64,000 nt of DNA from Eledone cirrhosa (GCA_964016885.1 OZ024760.1:24986001-25050000), one strand, 5' to 3'; shown: positions 31,160-46,960, counted from the stretch's first letter. Numbers and translations are program-made. The notes: generated by a model from the letters alone, not told the origin.

Positions 31160-31273
31160 CATATATATATATACATATATATATATGTATATATGTATAT
31201 ATATACATATATATACATATGTGTATATATATATGTATTTATATATGTATATATATATGTGTATATATATGTG

Positions 31274-31304
<31 letters not shown>

Positions 31305-31676
31305 GTATATATATATACACATATATATATACACATATATATATACACATATATATATACACATATATATATACACATATATATATACACATATATATAT
31401 ACACATATATATATACACATATATATATACACATATATATACACACATATATATACACACATATATATATACACATATATATATACACATATATATATAC
31501 ACATATATATATACACATATATATATACACATATATATATACACATATATATATATACACATATATATATACACATATATATATACACATATATATATAT
31601 ATACACATATATATATATATATACACATATATATATATATATACACATATATATATATACACATATATATATACAT

Positions 31677-31731
<55 letters not shown>

Positions 31732-31790
31732 TACACATATATATATATATACATACAGAGAGAGAGAGAGAGAGAGAGAAAGAGAGGGCG
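30776..31790. repeat. (TA)n/(TACA)n microsatellite ending in (GA)n
   Basis: Direct inspection. Confidence 0.97.
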
Positions 31791-32154
31791 AGAGAGAGGG
31801 TGGGAAATATGCTGCAAATTGAGAGTGAGATAAAAAGAAAGGGAGAGAGAGAGAGGGGAAAAAGAGAAAGAAAGAGAGAAAGGGGAAGAGGTTGAGAGTG
31901 TAGGGGATTAATAGTGGGGTGGTAGGGAGAGAGGAGGGGGAGAGAGAGTCCACACAATTCGATTGATCTTAATTGTGTACAAATCAAATTTGAATCCAAC
32001 AATGATTGAAGTTATCGATTACTACGGGAATATGTCCTCCATAAATCGATAATTGATTGGGCGTTCGGACAATGATCACAAGATTTCGAGGACAAGCTGC
32101 AGGTTCTGTATATAAAGGGTGAGTTAGGGGGGGTGTAGTTGTGAGGGTAGCGCT

Positions 32155-35100
32155 GTAGTTGTTGTTGTTGTTGTTGATGGGTGGTGGTGGTGGTGTTGGA
32201 GGTGGTGTTGGTGGTGGTGGTGGTGGTCGTCGTCGTGGTGGTGGTGGTGGTGGTGGTCGTGGTGGTGGTGGTGGTTGTGCAAATAGTGGAGAGATGTGGG
32301 GTAGGGGTTTAGGGTAGTGTTGTTATTGTTGTTGTTGTTGATGAGGGTGGTAGTGGAGGTGGTGGTGGTGTATGTGGTATGGTGGTGGGGTGGTGGTGGT
32401 TGTGTTTGGGGTGTAGATAGCTGTTCGGTGGTGGCGGTGGTGATGGTGGTGGTGGTAGTGGTGGTGATTGTGGTTGTGGTGGTGGTGGTGGTGGTGGTGG
32501 TTGTGGTGGTGGTGGTGGTTGTGCTTGTGTTGCAGATAGATGTTCTGTAATAGTGGTGGTGGTTGTAGTGGTGGTGGTGGTGCTGATGGTGGTGCTGGTG
32601 AGTGTGGTGATTGTGGTTGTGGTTGTGGTGGTAGTGGTGGTGCTGGTGCTTGTGATTGTGGTGGTAGTGGTGGTGGCTGTGCTTGTGGTGCAGATAGCTG
32701 TTCTGTAATAGTGGTAGTGGTTGTAGTGGTGGTGGTGGTGGTGATAGTGGTGGTGGTAGTGGTGGTGATTGTGGTTGTGGTGGTGGTGGTAGTGTTGGTG
32801 CTGGTGAGTGTGCTTGTGGTGCAGATAGCTGTTCTGTAATAGCGGTAGTGGTTGTAGTGGTGGTGGCGGTGGTGATAGTGGTGGTGGTAGAGGTGGTGAT
32901 TGTGGTTGTGGTGGTGGTGGTAGTGGTGGTGCTGGTGAGTGTGCTTGTGGTGCAGATAGCTGTTCTGTAATAGTGGTAGTGGTTGTAGTGGTGGTGGTGG
33001 TGGTGATAGTGGTGGTGGTAGTGGTGGTGATTGTGGTTGTGGTGGTGGTTGTAGTGGTGGTGGTGGTTGTTGTGCTTGTGGTGCAGATAGCTGTCTGTAA
33101 TAGTGGTGGTGGTTGTAGTGGTGGTGGTGGTGGTGGTAGTGGTGGTAGTGGTGGTGGTTGTGGTGGCAGTGGTGGTTGTGGTGGTGGTTGCGGTTACTGT
33201 GATGGCTGTGGTGCTGGTGGTGGCGGTAGTGGCGGTGATTGTGGTTGTGGTGGTAGTTGCGGTTGTGGTGATGGTTGTGGTGGTTGTGGTGGTGGTGGTT
33301 GTGTGATGATGATGGTGTTGCAGATAGTGGGGCTAGAAAGTAGTGGTGGCGATTGTAGTGGTAGTGGTTGTAGTGATGATAGTGGTGGTGCAGATAGCGC
33401 TGCTGTAATAGTGGTGGTGTTTTTCGTGGTGCCGGTGGTAGTGGCGGTTGTAGTGGTGGTGGAGGTGGTGGTAGTAGTGGTAGTTTTGATGGAGATGGTA
33501 GTGGTGATAGTAGTGGTAGTGGTAGATTTGGTGGAGATGGTAGTGGTGGTAGTAGTGGTAGTGGTAGTTTTGATGGAGATGGTAGTGGTGGTAGTAGTGG
33601 TAGTAGTAGTTTTGATGGAGATGGTAGTGGTGGTAGAAGTGGTAGTGGTAGTTTTGATGGAGATGGTAGTGGTGGTAGTAGTGGTAGTAGTAGTTTTGAT
33701 GGAGATGGTAGTGGTGGTAGTAGTGGTAGTGGTAGTTTTGATGGAGGTGGTAGTAGTGGTAGTGGTAGTTTTGATGGAGATGGTAGTGGTGGTAGTAGTG
33801 GTAGTAGTAGTTTTGATGGAGATGGTAGTGGTGGTAGAAGTGGTAATGGTAGTTTTGATGGAGATGGTAGTGGTGGTAGTAGTGGTAGTAGTAGTTTTGA
33901 TGGAGATGGTAGTGGTGGTAGTATTGGTAGTGGTAGTTTTGATGGAGATGGTAGTGGTGGTAGTAGTGGTAGTTTTGCTGGAGATGGTAGTGGTGGTAGT
34001 AGTGGTAGTGGTAGTTTTGATGGAGATGGTAGTGGTGGTAGTAGTGGTAGTTTTGATGGAGTTGGTAGTGGTGGTAGTAGTGGTAGTGGTAGTTTTGATG
34101 GAGATGGTAGGGGTGGTAGTAGTGGTAGTTTTGATGGAGATGGTAGTGGTGGTAGTAGTGGTAGTAGTAGTAGTTTTGATGGAGATGGTAGTGGTGGTAG
34201 TAGTGGTAGTTTTGATAGAGATGGTAGTGGTGCTAGTAGTGGTAGTGGTAGTTTTGATGGAGATGGTACTGGTGGTAGTAGTGGTAGTTTTGATGGAGAT
34301 GGTAGTGGTGGTAGTAGTGGTAGTGGTAGTTTTGATGGAGTTGGTAGTGGTGGTAGTAGTGGTAGTGGCAGTTTTGCTGGAGATGGTAGTGGTAGTAGTG
34401 GTAGTTTTGATGGAGATGGTACTGGTGGTAATAGTGGTAGTTTTGATGGAGATGGTAGTGGTGGCAGTAGTGGTAGTGGTAGTTTTGCTGGAGTTGGTAG
34501 TGGTGGTAGTCGTGGTAGTGCTAGTTTTGATGGAGTTTGTAGTGGTGGTAGTAGTTGTAGTTTTGATGGAGTTGCTAGTGGTGGTAGTAGTGGTAGTTTT
34601 ACTGGAGATGGTAGTGGTAGTAGTGGTAGTGGTAGTTTTGATGGAGATGGTAGTGGTGGTAGTAGTGGTAGTGGTAGTTTTGCTGGAGATGGTAGTGGTG
34701 GTAGTAGTTGTAGTGGTAGTTTTGCTGGAGATGGTAGTGGTGGTAGTAGTGGTAGTTTTGATGGAGATGGTAGTAGTGGTAGAAGTAGTAGTGGTAGTTT
34801 TGCTGGAGATGGTAGAGGTGTTAGTAGTGGTAGTGGTAGTTTTGATGGAGATGGTAGTGGTGGTAGTAGTGGTAGTAGTAGTTTTGATGGAGATGGTACT
34901 GGTGGTAGTAGTGGTAGTTTTGATGGAGATGGTAGTGGTGGTAGTATTGGTAGTGGTAGTTTTGATGGAGATGGTAGTGGTGGTAGTAGTGGTAGTTTTG
35001 ATGGAGATGGTAGTGGTGGTAGTAGTGGTAGTAGTAGTAGTTTTGATGGAGATGGTAGTGGTGGTAGTAGTGGTAGTTTTGATAGAGATGGTAGTGGTGC

Positions 35101-38100
35101 TAGTAGTGGTAGTGGTAGTTTTGATGGAGATGGTACTGGTGGTAGTAGTGGTAGTTTTGATGGAGATGGTAGTGGTGGTAGTATTGGTAGTGGTAGTTTT
35201 GATGGAGATGGTAGTGGTGGTAGTAGTGGTAGTTTTGATGGAGATGGTAGTGGTGGTAGTAGTGGTAGTAGTAGTAGTTTTGATGGAGATGGTAGTGGTG
35301 GTAGTAGTGGTAGTTTTGATAGAGATGGTAGTGGTGCTAGTAGTGGTAGTGGTAGTTTTGATGGAGATGGTACTGGTGGTAGTAGTGGTAGTTTTGATGG
35401 AGATGGTAGTGGTGGTAGTAGTGGTAGTGGTAGTTTTGATGGAGTTGGTAGTGGTGGTAGTAGTGGTAGTGGCAGTTTTGCTGGAGATGGTAGTGGTAGT
35501 AGTGGTAGTTTTGATGGAGATGGTACTGGTGGTAGTAGTGGTAGTTTTGATGGAGATGGTAGTGGTGGCAGTAGTGGTAGTGGTAGTTTTGCTGGAGTTG
35601 GTAGTGGTGGTAGTCGTGGTAGTGCTAGTTTTGATGGAGTTTGTAGTGGTGGTAGTAGTTGTAGTTTTGATGGAGATGATAGTGGTGGTAGTAGTGGTAG
35701 TTGTAGTTTTGATGGAGATGGTAGTGGTGGTAGTAGTGGTAGTTTTGATGGAGATTGTAGTGGTGGTAGTAGTGGTGGTAGTAGTGGTGGTGGTAGTTTT
35801 GCTGGAGTTGGTAGTGGTGGTAGTCGTGGTAGTGCTAGTTTTGATGGAGTTTGTAGTGGTGGTAGTAGTTGTAGTTTTGATGGAGATGATAGTGGTGGTA
35901 GTAGTGGTAGTTGTAGTTTTGATGGAGATGGTAGTGGTGGTAGTAGTGGTAGTTTTGATGGAGATTGTAGTGGTGGTAGTAGTGGTGGTAGTAGTGGTGG
36001 TGGTAGTTTTGATGTAGATGGTAGTGGTGGTAGTAGTTGTAGTGGTAGTTTTGATGGAGATGGTAGTGGTGGTAGTAGTTGTAGTGGTAGTTTTGATGGA
36101 GATGGTAGTGGTGGCAGTAGTTGTAGTGGTAGTTTTGATGGAGATGGTACTGGTGGTAGTAGTGGTAGTGGTAGTTTTGATGGAGATGGTACTGGTGGTA
36201 GTAGTGGTGGTGGTAGTTTTGATGTAAATGGTAGTGTTGGTAGTAGTGGTAGTGGTAGTTTTGATGGAGATGGTAGTGGTGGTAGTAGTGTTAGTGGTAG
36301 TGGTAGTTTTGATGTCGATGTTGGTATTGGTAGTGTTCATATTCGCGATGGCAGTTGCCATGGTGCTTTTAATCGTGTTGGATATACGGTGGTTGTGATG
36401 CTGGTTTTCTTGATGGTGGTGGTGATGGTATTGGTGGTGGTGGTGGTGGTGATGATAATTTTGGTACTGATGGTATTGGTGGTGTAGGTGTTTGTTGATA
36501 GTGGTACGATACTTTGGTAGTGATGGTATTGCTGGTATTGGTGGTGTCGTGGTGATGATAGTGTTGGTAGTGATGATGATGGTATTGGTGGTGGTAGGGG
36601 TGATGGCAGTCTTGGAAGTGCCGCTGGTGTTGATGGAGGTGGTGTTGGTGGTGTTGGAGGTAGTGTTGGTGGTGATGGTGGTGTGGTTGCGGTGGTATTG
36701 CTGCTGGTAGGTGTAATGGCAGTTTTAGAAGCGCCGATAGTGTTGATGGAGGTGGTGTTGGTGGTGGTTTTGGTGGTAGTTGATAGTGGTATGATAGTTT
36801 GGTAGTGATGGTATTGCTGGTGTTGATGGAGGTGGTGTTGGTGTTGTTGGAGGTAGTGTTGGTGGTGATGGTGGTGTGGTTGCGGTGGTATTGCTGCTGG
36901 TAGGTGTAATGGCAGTTTTAGAAGCGCCGATAGTGTTGATGGAGGTGGTGTTGGTGGTGGTTTTGGTGGTAGTTGATAGTGGTATGATAGTTTGGTAGTG
37001 ATGGTATTGCTGGTGTTGATGGAGGTGGTGTTGGTGTTGTTGGAGGCAGTGGTGGTGGTGATGGTGGTGGTGATTGCGGTGGTATTGCTGCTGGTAGGTG
37101 TAATGGCAGTTTTAGAAGAGCCGCTGTTGGTGTGGGTGTGGGTGGTGTTTGAGGCAGTGGTGGTGGTGATGGTGGTGGTGGTTGCGGTGGTAGTGGTAAT
37201 GGCAGTCTTGGAAGAGCCGCTGGTGTTGATGGAGGTGGTGTTGGTGGTGTTGGAGGTAGTGTTGGAGGGAGTGTTGGTGGTGGTGGTTGCGGTGGTATTG
37301 CTGGTTGTAGGGGTAATGGCAGTTTTAGAAAGCCGAGGGCGGTGGTGGTGGTGGTGTTGGTGGTGTTGGAGGCAGGCTTGGTGGTGATGGTGGTATTGGT
37401 GGTGGTTTTGGTGGTAGTTGATAGTGGTATGATAGTTTGGTAGTGATGGTAATGCTGGTGTTGATGGAGGTGGTGTTGGTGTTGTTGGAGGCAGTGGTGG
37501 TGGTGATGGTGGTGGTGTAGCTGATGGTAGGGGTAATGGCAGTTTTAGAAGAGCCACTGGTGGTGGTGTTGGTGGTGTTGGTGGCGTTGGTGGTGTTGGA
37601 GGCAGTGTTGGTGGTGTTGGTGGTGGTGTTGGAGGCAGTGGTGGTGTTGGAGGCAGCGTTGGTGGTGGTGGTGGTGGTGTTGGAGGGAGTGTTGGTGGTG
37701 ATGGTGGTGGTGTTGGAGGGAGTGTTGGTGGTGATGGTGGTGGTGTTGGAGGGAGTGTTGGTGGTGATGGTGGTGGTGTTGGAGGCAGTGTTGGAGGTGA
37801 TGGTGGTGGTCTTGGAGGCAGTGTTGGTGGTGATGGTGGTGGTGGAGGTGGTGTTGGTGGTGATGGTGGAGTGGTGGGTGTGGTGGTGATGGTGGTGGTG
37901 GAGTGGTGTTGGTGGTGATGGTGGTGGAGGTGGTGGTGATGGTGGTGGTGCTTGCGGTGGTATTGCTGGTGGTAGTGGTAATGGCAGTTTTAGAAGAGCC
38001 ACTGGTGGCGGTGTTGGTGGTGGTGTTGGTGGCGTTGGTGGCGTTGGAGGCAGTGTTGGTGGTGTTGTTGGTGGTGTTGGCGGCAGTGTTGGAGGCAGTG

Positions 38101-38840
38101 TTGGTGGAGGTGTTGGTGGTTTTGGAGGCAGTGTTGGTGGTGTTGGTGGTGGTGTTGGAGGCAGTGTTGGTGGTGATGGCGGTGGTGTTGGAGGCAGTGT
38201 TGGTGGTGATGGTGGTGGTCTTGGAGGCAGTGTTGGTGGTGATGGTGGTGGTGGTGGTGGTGGTGGAGGTGGTGTTGGTGGTGATGGTGGAATGGTGTTG
38301 GTGGTGATGGAGGTGGTGTCGGTGGTGATGGTGGTGGTGGAGGTGGTATTGCCGGTGGTAGTGGTAATGGCAGTTTTAGAAGAGCCGCTGGTGGTGGTGT
38401 TGGTGGTGGTGGAGTGGTGTTGGTGGTGGTGGAGTGGTGTTGGTGGTGATGGTGGTGGAGGTGGTGTCGGTGGTGATGGTGGTGGAGGTGGTATTGCTGG
38501 TGGTAGTGGTAATGGCAGTTTTAGAAGAGCCGCTGGTGGTGGTGTTGGTGGTGGTGGAGTGGTGTTGGTGGTGATGGTGGTGGAGGTGGTGTCGGTGGTG
38601 ATGGTGGTGGAGGTGGTATTGCTGGTGGTAGTGGTAATGGCAGCTTAGAAGAGCCGCTGGTGGTGGTGTTGGTGGTGGTGGAGTGGTGTTGGTGGTGATG
38701 GTGGTGGAGGTGGTGTCGGTGGTGATGGTGGTGGAGGTGGTATTGCTGGTGGTAGTGGTAATGGCAGTTTTAGAAGAGCCGCTGGTGGTGGTGTTGGTGA
38801 TGGCAATCTTAGAAGACTCGGTGGTTTTGTAGGTGGAGGT
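32155..38840. repeat. 6.7 kb GGT/AGT/GAT trinucleotide-register compound minisatellite with long stop-free frames
   Basis: Three zones: ~130-bp units with gcagatagctgttctgtaat (32400-33410); ~30-39-bp units gttttgatggagatggtagtggtggtagtagtggta (33480-36310); units with gtaatggcagttttagaagagccgctggtg (36590-38820). Confidence 0.9.
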
Positions 38841-38986
38841 GGTGTGGATGTCAAGGCTGTGTGGTTTGTATTCGCCCATCTTAACATTTTGTGTCAAGAT
38901 TTGTCGATGAACAAAAGAGAATGGATTTACAATACAGTCCAGGAACGAAATTAATTTTAACTCCACCCTACCTCCGCGCCCCCTAC

Positions 38987-39046
38987 CGGCTCAACAATTC
39001 AACAACTGGGAAATTGTACAATCGTGAGCCTAACAGCTTTAATTTC
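38987..39046 (-). other. Candidate internal exon (60 nt, phase 2-2)
   Basis: Minus strand ctctcctttactcccttattgcag|G AAA TTA...AGC CG|gtaggg; open frame [19 protein letters not shown]. Strong pyrimidine tract. Confidence 0.35.
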
Positions 39047-39081
39047 CTGCAATAAGGGAGTAAAGGAGAGTCACTTATACA

Positions 39082-40745
<1,664 letters not shown>

Positions 40746-40903
40746 AGAATATTGATTTACATTTACTTCTAGTGAATGTAAAACGACACTAATTTTAAAG
40801 AGAAATTGCTTCAGATTTGTCCATTTTATAGTCGTCTGCTACGAAAGCCTGGAGCGCCATCTTTGATTGTTAACTAAAAGAGACCTTCATGAGTATAACT
40901 TAC

Positions 40904-40952
40904 TGACAAATGAGTCCCCCCACGGCAGCTCCGTTGGGGGTGGAGTGTTCCA
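40904..40952 (-). other. Candidate internal exon (49 nt)
   Basis: Minus strand cacttcttatacag|TGGAAC...TTGTCA|gtaagt; all three frames are open. Confidence 0.35.
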
Positions 40953-41019
40953 CTGTATAAGAAGTGTAACAATCGAAAATATCTACAGTGATGTACACCT
41001 CCATTTTATTTTAAATGAT

Positions 41020-42070
41020 ATCTGTTGCAAAGATGAAAACAAATTTATCCCCGACGGGTTTTGAACCATGACTACTTAAAGCCAGTGGTAGAAAAATGCC
41101 TCAAAGTATTGTTTTTACAATTCTTCCAGCCCACAACTTTGGTTATTCTCTTTTTCTATTTTATTTTGTGCTTTTTCACCTTATGAAATATTGTTTCTGC
41201 GCTTGGCACAAGGCCAACAATTATGTGGGGCGGGAAAAATCGATTGAATTGATCCCGGTTAGTTGCTGGTACTTTATTTTATCGACCCTGCAAGCATTAA
41301 AGGCAAAGTTAACCTCGGTGATATTTGAACTCAGAGTTTAAAGCGACATACCTGTATGCCACAAATCATTTTGTCTGACGCTCATCCGATCATGATGTTA
41401 ATAGTTTCTGATTTAGGCACAAAGCCAACAATTTTGTGGGGAGGGGAACATCGATTGATTGACGCCCGTACATTACTGGTACTTTATTTTATCGACGCTC
41501 TAATGATGAGAGGCAAACGAACCTCGGCGGGATTTGAATTTATAACACAACGAGCCGTAACTATATGCTGGGGAAGATCGTGTCCAATGCTGCAACAACA
41601 CTGCCAATTCCACACGCCACCTCAAAGATACGAATTAATCCCAGGTGGGATTTGAACGTAGAATTGCAGAAAAGCTAATAAAAACAAAATAATCCCAATG
41701 TATTGTATTTTATCCAAAGAATAAAGAACATCGGACAACCAAGGACTCTAGTCAGAAATTCTATTTTTTTTTCTTTTTTACCTAGATGAAAGACAAATTT
41801 ATCCCCGGCGAGATTTGAACGCAGACTTGCAGAAAAGCTAGTGGGGGAAAAAATGCCCCCAAGAATTGTATTTTGTCCAGAGTTGTAGCAATACTACATA
41901 CAGCCCCGAACTCTAGTCTCATATACTATTTGTTATTGTTCTTGTATCTTTTTCACCTTTTCAAAGATGAAAGCCATATTAATCCTCGGTGGGATTTGAA
42001 ATTAGAGAGCAGAGACACGGAACAAATAATTACGAATAATTTAATACGACGCACCAATGACTCTCAGAAT
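41020..42070 (-). mobile_element. Cluster of older, diverged tRNA-SINE copies and fragments
   Basis: Recurrent ggtactttattttatcgac, aacctcggcgggatttgaa and gatgaaag...atcccc...gatttgaac motifs at ~41030, 41190, 41400, 41630, 41785 and 41965. Confidence 0.7.
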
Positions 42071-42379
42071 TGGGTGCCAGAAACTAAGGTTTATATCTAT
42101 ATATGTATATTTACACACACACATATATTTATATATATATATGTCTGTCTATATCTATATCGCTCTCTCTCTCTCTCGCTCTCACCCCCCTCTCTCTCTA
42201 TATATATATATATAATATATATATATATATAAATATATGAAAACACATACATTTATATATCTATATAAATTACATATTCATATATAGAGAGAGACAGCGA
42301 TATAGATATAGACAGATAGATATGTATATATATGTGTGTTCGTATAAATTCATGTATATATGGGGATGTATACATATAT

Positions 42380-42439
<60 letters not shown>

Positions 42440-43495
42440 CGTGTGTGTGTATTATATTTAATTTTATCACTTCATAATTAACGTCTCTGCATCTATTAGT
42501 AATTAATATAATATGTGTATATATAATTGTCATAAACAAACTTGGCGTTTGTTTTACATATTTTAAATACAAATACCAACATCCAGTCTCTATATATTTG
42601 CATATATTTGAAACATGAAAGGGGCAAACTTGCAGAATTATTACTGCTTCGCTAGAAAAATTCTTTCGTGATGTTTTAGTCAGCTATTATTTCAAACTTG
42701 TTTGACGTCAAATTTACTTTAGATATATTTTGGGTCGTTAATATTAAGTACCAACGAAATATTGGGTTCGAAGTAATACATAACTGTTTACTTACATTAA
42801 TCTTCATACCGGTCATCTGCTTGTTTTATATAACGAAAATGTATCACTGTGTATATTTATAACATAATGAGTGCGTGACTGTGCTCTGAATATATTTGTT
42901 ATCCCCTTTGTAAAATAAGTTGGATTACTTTGAATAAATTATGAATAAATATTACATAATTTATCTACTAACTTTCCTTATTCTTAATTAAATGTAAATA
43001 ATTTTATTGCTTCTTTCAAGATTCGCTTCTTTAAAATGTTCAAACGTCTGCACTTCCGGTTAGCGTCCGTTATATCATAACACATGTTACATCGCTTATA
43101 TAAACGTACATATATTTGCATCGTTATATAAAGTTTATTTTGCCCTCGCTAATTTTCTCCTAATATAATTTATTTATCGTCTTTTGTAAATGTATCATGG
43201 ATGACATTACTGATTACACAAGAGTGTGAAACACACACTCTTTTCACTTTCTGTGAATATTGTCAATTCCGATTTTATTTAACGTATCATATCTAAAGGC
43301 ATGTATATTTGCATATAATATCAATATGTACACTACACATGATAGAAGAAAACCACTCGTGGGATGGTTTTTCTGCTAGTTTTTTTAATGATTTTTTTAA
43401 ATTTTGGTTGTCAAAATTAGGGTGGGTCCTCGAGGACGAAAATACTTCGGCGCCGCGTTTATGTATATATATATAGAGAGAGAGATATATATAGA

Positions 43496-43825
43496 AAAAG
43501 GGTCAGGACCATGGCGCCTGAGCTGCGGCCGTTTCGACAGCTACATCCGAACTCGGATGTAGCTGTCGTAACGGCAGCAGCTCAGCCGTTGGGGTCCTGA
43601 TCAATTCCTGTTCCACACTCTACTACCATAAGTATTGAATACTCTGGTCCGCTATGGTCCACCTGGTTTCTTACATATATATATATATTGCATGTCCATA
43701 TATGGACTGTATCACTTGCTAAGTTCAGTTAGGTACTTGCCGTCCTAATACCAGTGTTTTAGTTCGGGTTTAGCTGTCGAAACGGCCGGAGCTCAGCTGT
43801 CGGGGTCCTGATTCTTTTCCTACAT
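43496..43825. mobile_element. Short dispersed element (family also at 23618, 57950, 58860) with fold-back centred on a hammerhead-like stem II
   Basis: Inverted arms 43503-43550 / 43553-43600. The motif gtcgaaacggc(N9)gctgtc-ggggtcctga recurs at ~43776 and 59002, with a variant at ~57957. Confidence 0.7.
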
Positions 43826-43828
43826 ATG

Positions 43829-43865
<37 letters not shown>

Positions 43866-43936
43866 CTGTGTGTGTCCTCGGGAACGAAGCGTTTAGGTGC
43901 CGGGGAATACGGTAACAAAGAAATATATCACATTAT

Positions 43937-44116
43937 TGGCAGTATCAGCAGAGGGCCGGACACCATGCTTTGCAGCATAGAGTTACGGCCCTTTTCCATC
44001 TAAGTTCAAATCCCGCCGGAGTTAACTTTGCCTTTCATCCTTACAGGGTCGATAAAATAATGTACCAGTAATACAGTGGTATAATTGCTGGTCTTGAGCC
44101 AATAGTAGAAACAATT
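43937..44116 (+). mobile_element. tRNA-derived SINE
   Basis: ttggcagtatcag...aagttcaaatcccgcc...tttgcctttcatccttacagggtcgataaaat...gtagaaacaatt. Confidence 0.9.
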
Positions 44117-44252
44117 ATTTATTTTATTAATGGCTAAGGCTTAACCAAGGGTAGAGGAATTACACCAAGGATAACATTTATTCGTGTCTATGACAAAAAG
44201 AAAATGTGAAGGATATTATATAATCTAGAAGAGACAGAGGCCAAGAGCTTAC

Positions 44253-44327
44253 AAAAAAAAAATATATATTTCCATGATAATCGGTAGCAACGTCTTTGTG
44301 TCGGTGTGTGCCTATTTTTTCTACATC
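44253..44327 (-). other. Candidate internal exon (75 nt, phase 0-0)
   Basis: Minus strand aatatttttacag|GAT...TTT|gtaagc; reads DVEKIGTHRHKDVATDYHGNIYFFF. Confidence 0.4.
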
Positions 44328-44425
44328 CTGTAAAAATATTCTATGTAAATTTACATATGAGTTATTATGTATCATAGTATATGGCGTTCTATACGACTTG
44401 CTGATATTTTAGTAAATGTGCTCAC

Positions 44426-44479
44426 ATAGATTCCCTTTATTACCACAGATCGTAACATTGAAGGAACGTGTTCAATCAC
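44426..44479 (-). other. Candidate internal exon (54 nt, phase 0-0)
   Basis: Minus strand ttttttcctatttacatag|GTG...TAT|gtgagc; reads VIEHVPSMLRSVVIKGIY. A 98-nt GT-AG intron joins it in frame to 44253-44327. Confidence 0.4.
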
Positions 44480-44524
44480 CTATGTAAATAGGAAAAAAAT
44501 GACATTTATGTGGTTATTCTCTCA

Positions 44525-44613
<89 letters not shown>

Positions 44614-44796
44614 GGATATATGAGTACTTATATGCATGTGAGTATGTATACGTAAATGTACATGCACATGAATATATAATGTGCACAAACGAACACACAC
44701 ACATACATACACACATATTCATATTCATAAATATATATAAATATATATATATATATTTATATATACATATTTATGAATATATATATATATATAAAT

Positions 44797-44846
<50 letters not shown>

Positions 44847-44902
44847 TCATAAATATATATATATATAAATATATATATATATAAATATATATATATATAA
44901 AT

Positions 44903-44933
<31 letters not shown>

Positions 44934-44936
44934 AAT

Positions 44937-44981
<45 letters not shown>

Positions 44982-45126
44982 GATATATGCAGGTACGTAT
45001 ATATATATATATATGCATGTGAGTATGTATACGTAAAATGTACATGCACATGAATATATAATGTGCACAAACGAACACACACACATACATACACACATAT
45101 TCACACACACACACATATATATATAT

Positions 45127-45161
<35 letters not shown>

Positions 45162-45162
45162 T

Positions 45163-45245
<83 letters not shown>

Positions 45246-46169
45246 AATATATATATATATATATATGCTTATGTATTTCAGGGAGCATAGAAGAGAAAAT
45301 TAATGTATTTAGAATGCAACACGCAAATATGCTCATACACACACACGTGTGTGTGTGTGCGTGTGTGTATTTGTTGATGTATCAGCATCAGTGTGTGAGA
45401 GTGACCAGATGTATGAATGTGTGTATGTAATTATATTTGAAAGTGTCCGTGGGGAATTCGCACACATGCACACACGCACACACATGCAAACAGATAGATA
45501 CACACACACATACACTCACACACACACACACACACACACAAAGAAATACACACCTGTATCCCCACAGATACACAAACACATGGACACACATCCACAAACA
45601 CACACACACACGTGAGCATTCACACACACACACACACACACGGGCATTCACACAAACACAAACACACACACATTCACACACACACTTACACAAAAAGACA
45701 CACACACAAAACACACGCACACACACACACACATGTCCACAAACACAAACACACACACAAACACAAACACACACACACATACACACACCCAACCACAAAC
45801 GCACATACCCACACACAAACACAAACACACAATAAAATACACACACACAAACACACACACTCAAAACACACACAAACACAAACACACACACATATACACA
45901 TACACACATGCACAAGCACACACACACACACACACATACACACACACACACACATGCACACACACACACGCACACACATGCATAAAACAAGTATCTCATA
46001 AAAGTTTGGAAACTGTCAGAGGAATCCTGTAAGAAATGGATGAGGCACGTGATAAGGAATATTAAAGAGGTGTTTGGAATAGACTGGTGGTGGAGGAGGA
46101 GTATAGACAGGACAATGGTGACATTGGTGACATATGAGGAGGGGATGAAGAGGGGGGGGGGATGTGGAG

Positions 46170-46171
46170 GA

Positions 46172-46202
<31 letters not shown>

Positions 46203-46805
46203 AAGGAGAAGAAGAAGAAGAAGAAGAAGTAGAAGAAGAAGAAGAAAAAACAGAAGACGAAGAAAAGAAGATGAAGAAGTGGAGGAAGGGGAAGTGGAAG
46301 AAGAAGAAGAAGAAGTAGAAGAAGAAGAAGAAAAAACAGAAGACGAAGAAAAGAAGATGAAGAAGTGGAGGAAGGGGAAGTGGAAGAAGAAGAAGAAGAA
46401 AAAGAAGAAAAAGAAGAAAAAGAAGGAGGAGAAGGAGAAGAAGAAGAAGAAGAAGAAGAACAACAACAACAACAAAAACAACAGCAACAATAGCAACAAC
46501 AACTACAGCAACATCAGTAACAACAACAACAACAACAACAACAACAGCAACAACAGCAAGAATAGCAACAACAACTACAGCAACAGCAGTAACAACAACA
46601 ACAACAACAACAACAACTACAGCAACAGCAACTACAGCAACAACAACCACCACAGCAACAAGAACAACAACACCAATAACAGCAACAACGAAAACAACAA
46701 TTGCAATAATAACAGTAAGTATAGCCGTTACAGCAGCAGCAAAAAAAAGCGGCTAGAAAAATAACAACAGCAGCGACAACCACAACAACAACAACAGTAA
46801 CAGCA
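46170..46805. repeat. (GAA)n followed by (CAA/CAG)n trinucleotide tracts
   Basis: Direct inspection; internal ~70-bp duplication at 46225/46313. Confidence 0.95.
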
Positions 46806-46874
46806 AGCACATTACCTAATGCCAACAGCAATCAGAACAACCTCATACCATACATCTAATACTCATAAACTTAT

Positions 46875-46960
<86 letters not shown>

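Noticed and set aside
32400-33410. Gly/Cys-rich keratin-associated-like peptide
   Set aside because: Each repeat unit shifts the register at gcagatagctgttctgtaat, so the Gly/Cys frame is not maintained.
32973-36017. 1014-aa poly-Val ORF
   Set aside because: Implausible composition; a by-product of the GTG/GTA repeat, broken by TAG at 36015.
43390-43913. Possible DNA-transposon end (…aatacggta) with subterminal gtcctcg repeats
   Set aside because: No matching opposite terminal inverted repeat was found in the window.
46162-46764. 200-aa poly-R/E/K/N ORF
   Set aside because: It is the translation of (GAA)n and (CAA)n microsatellites.
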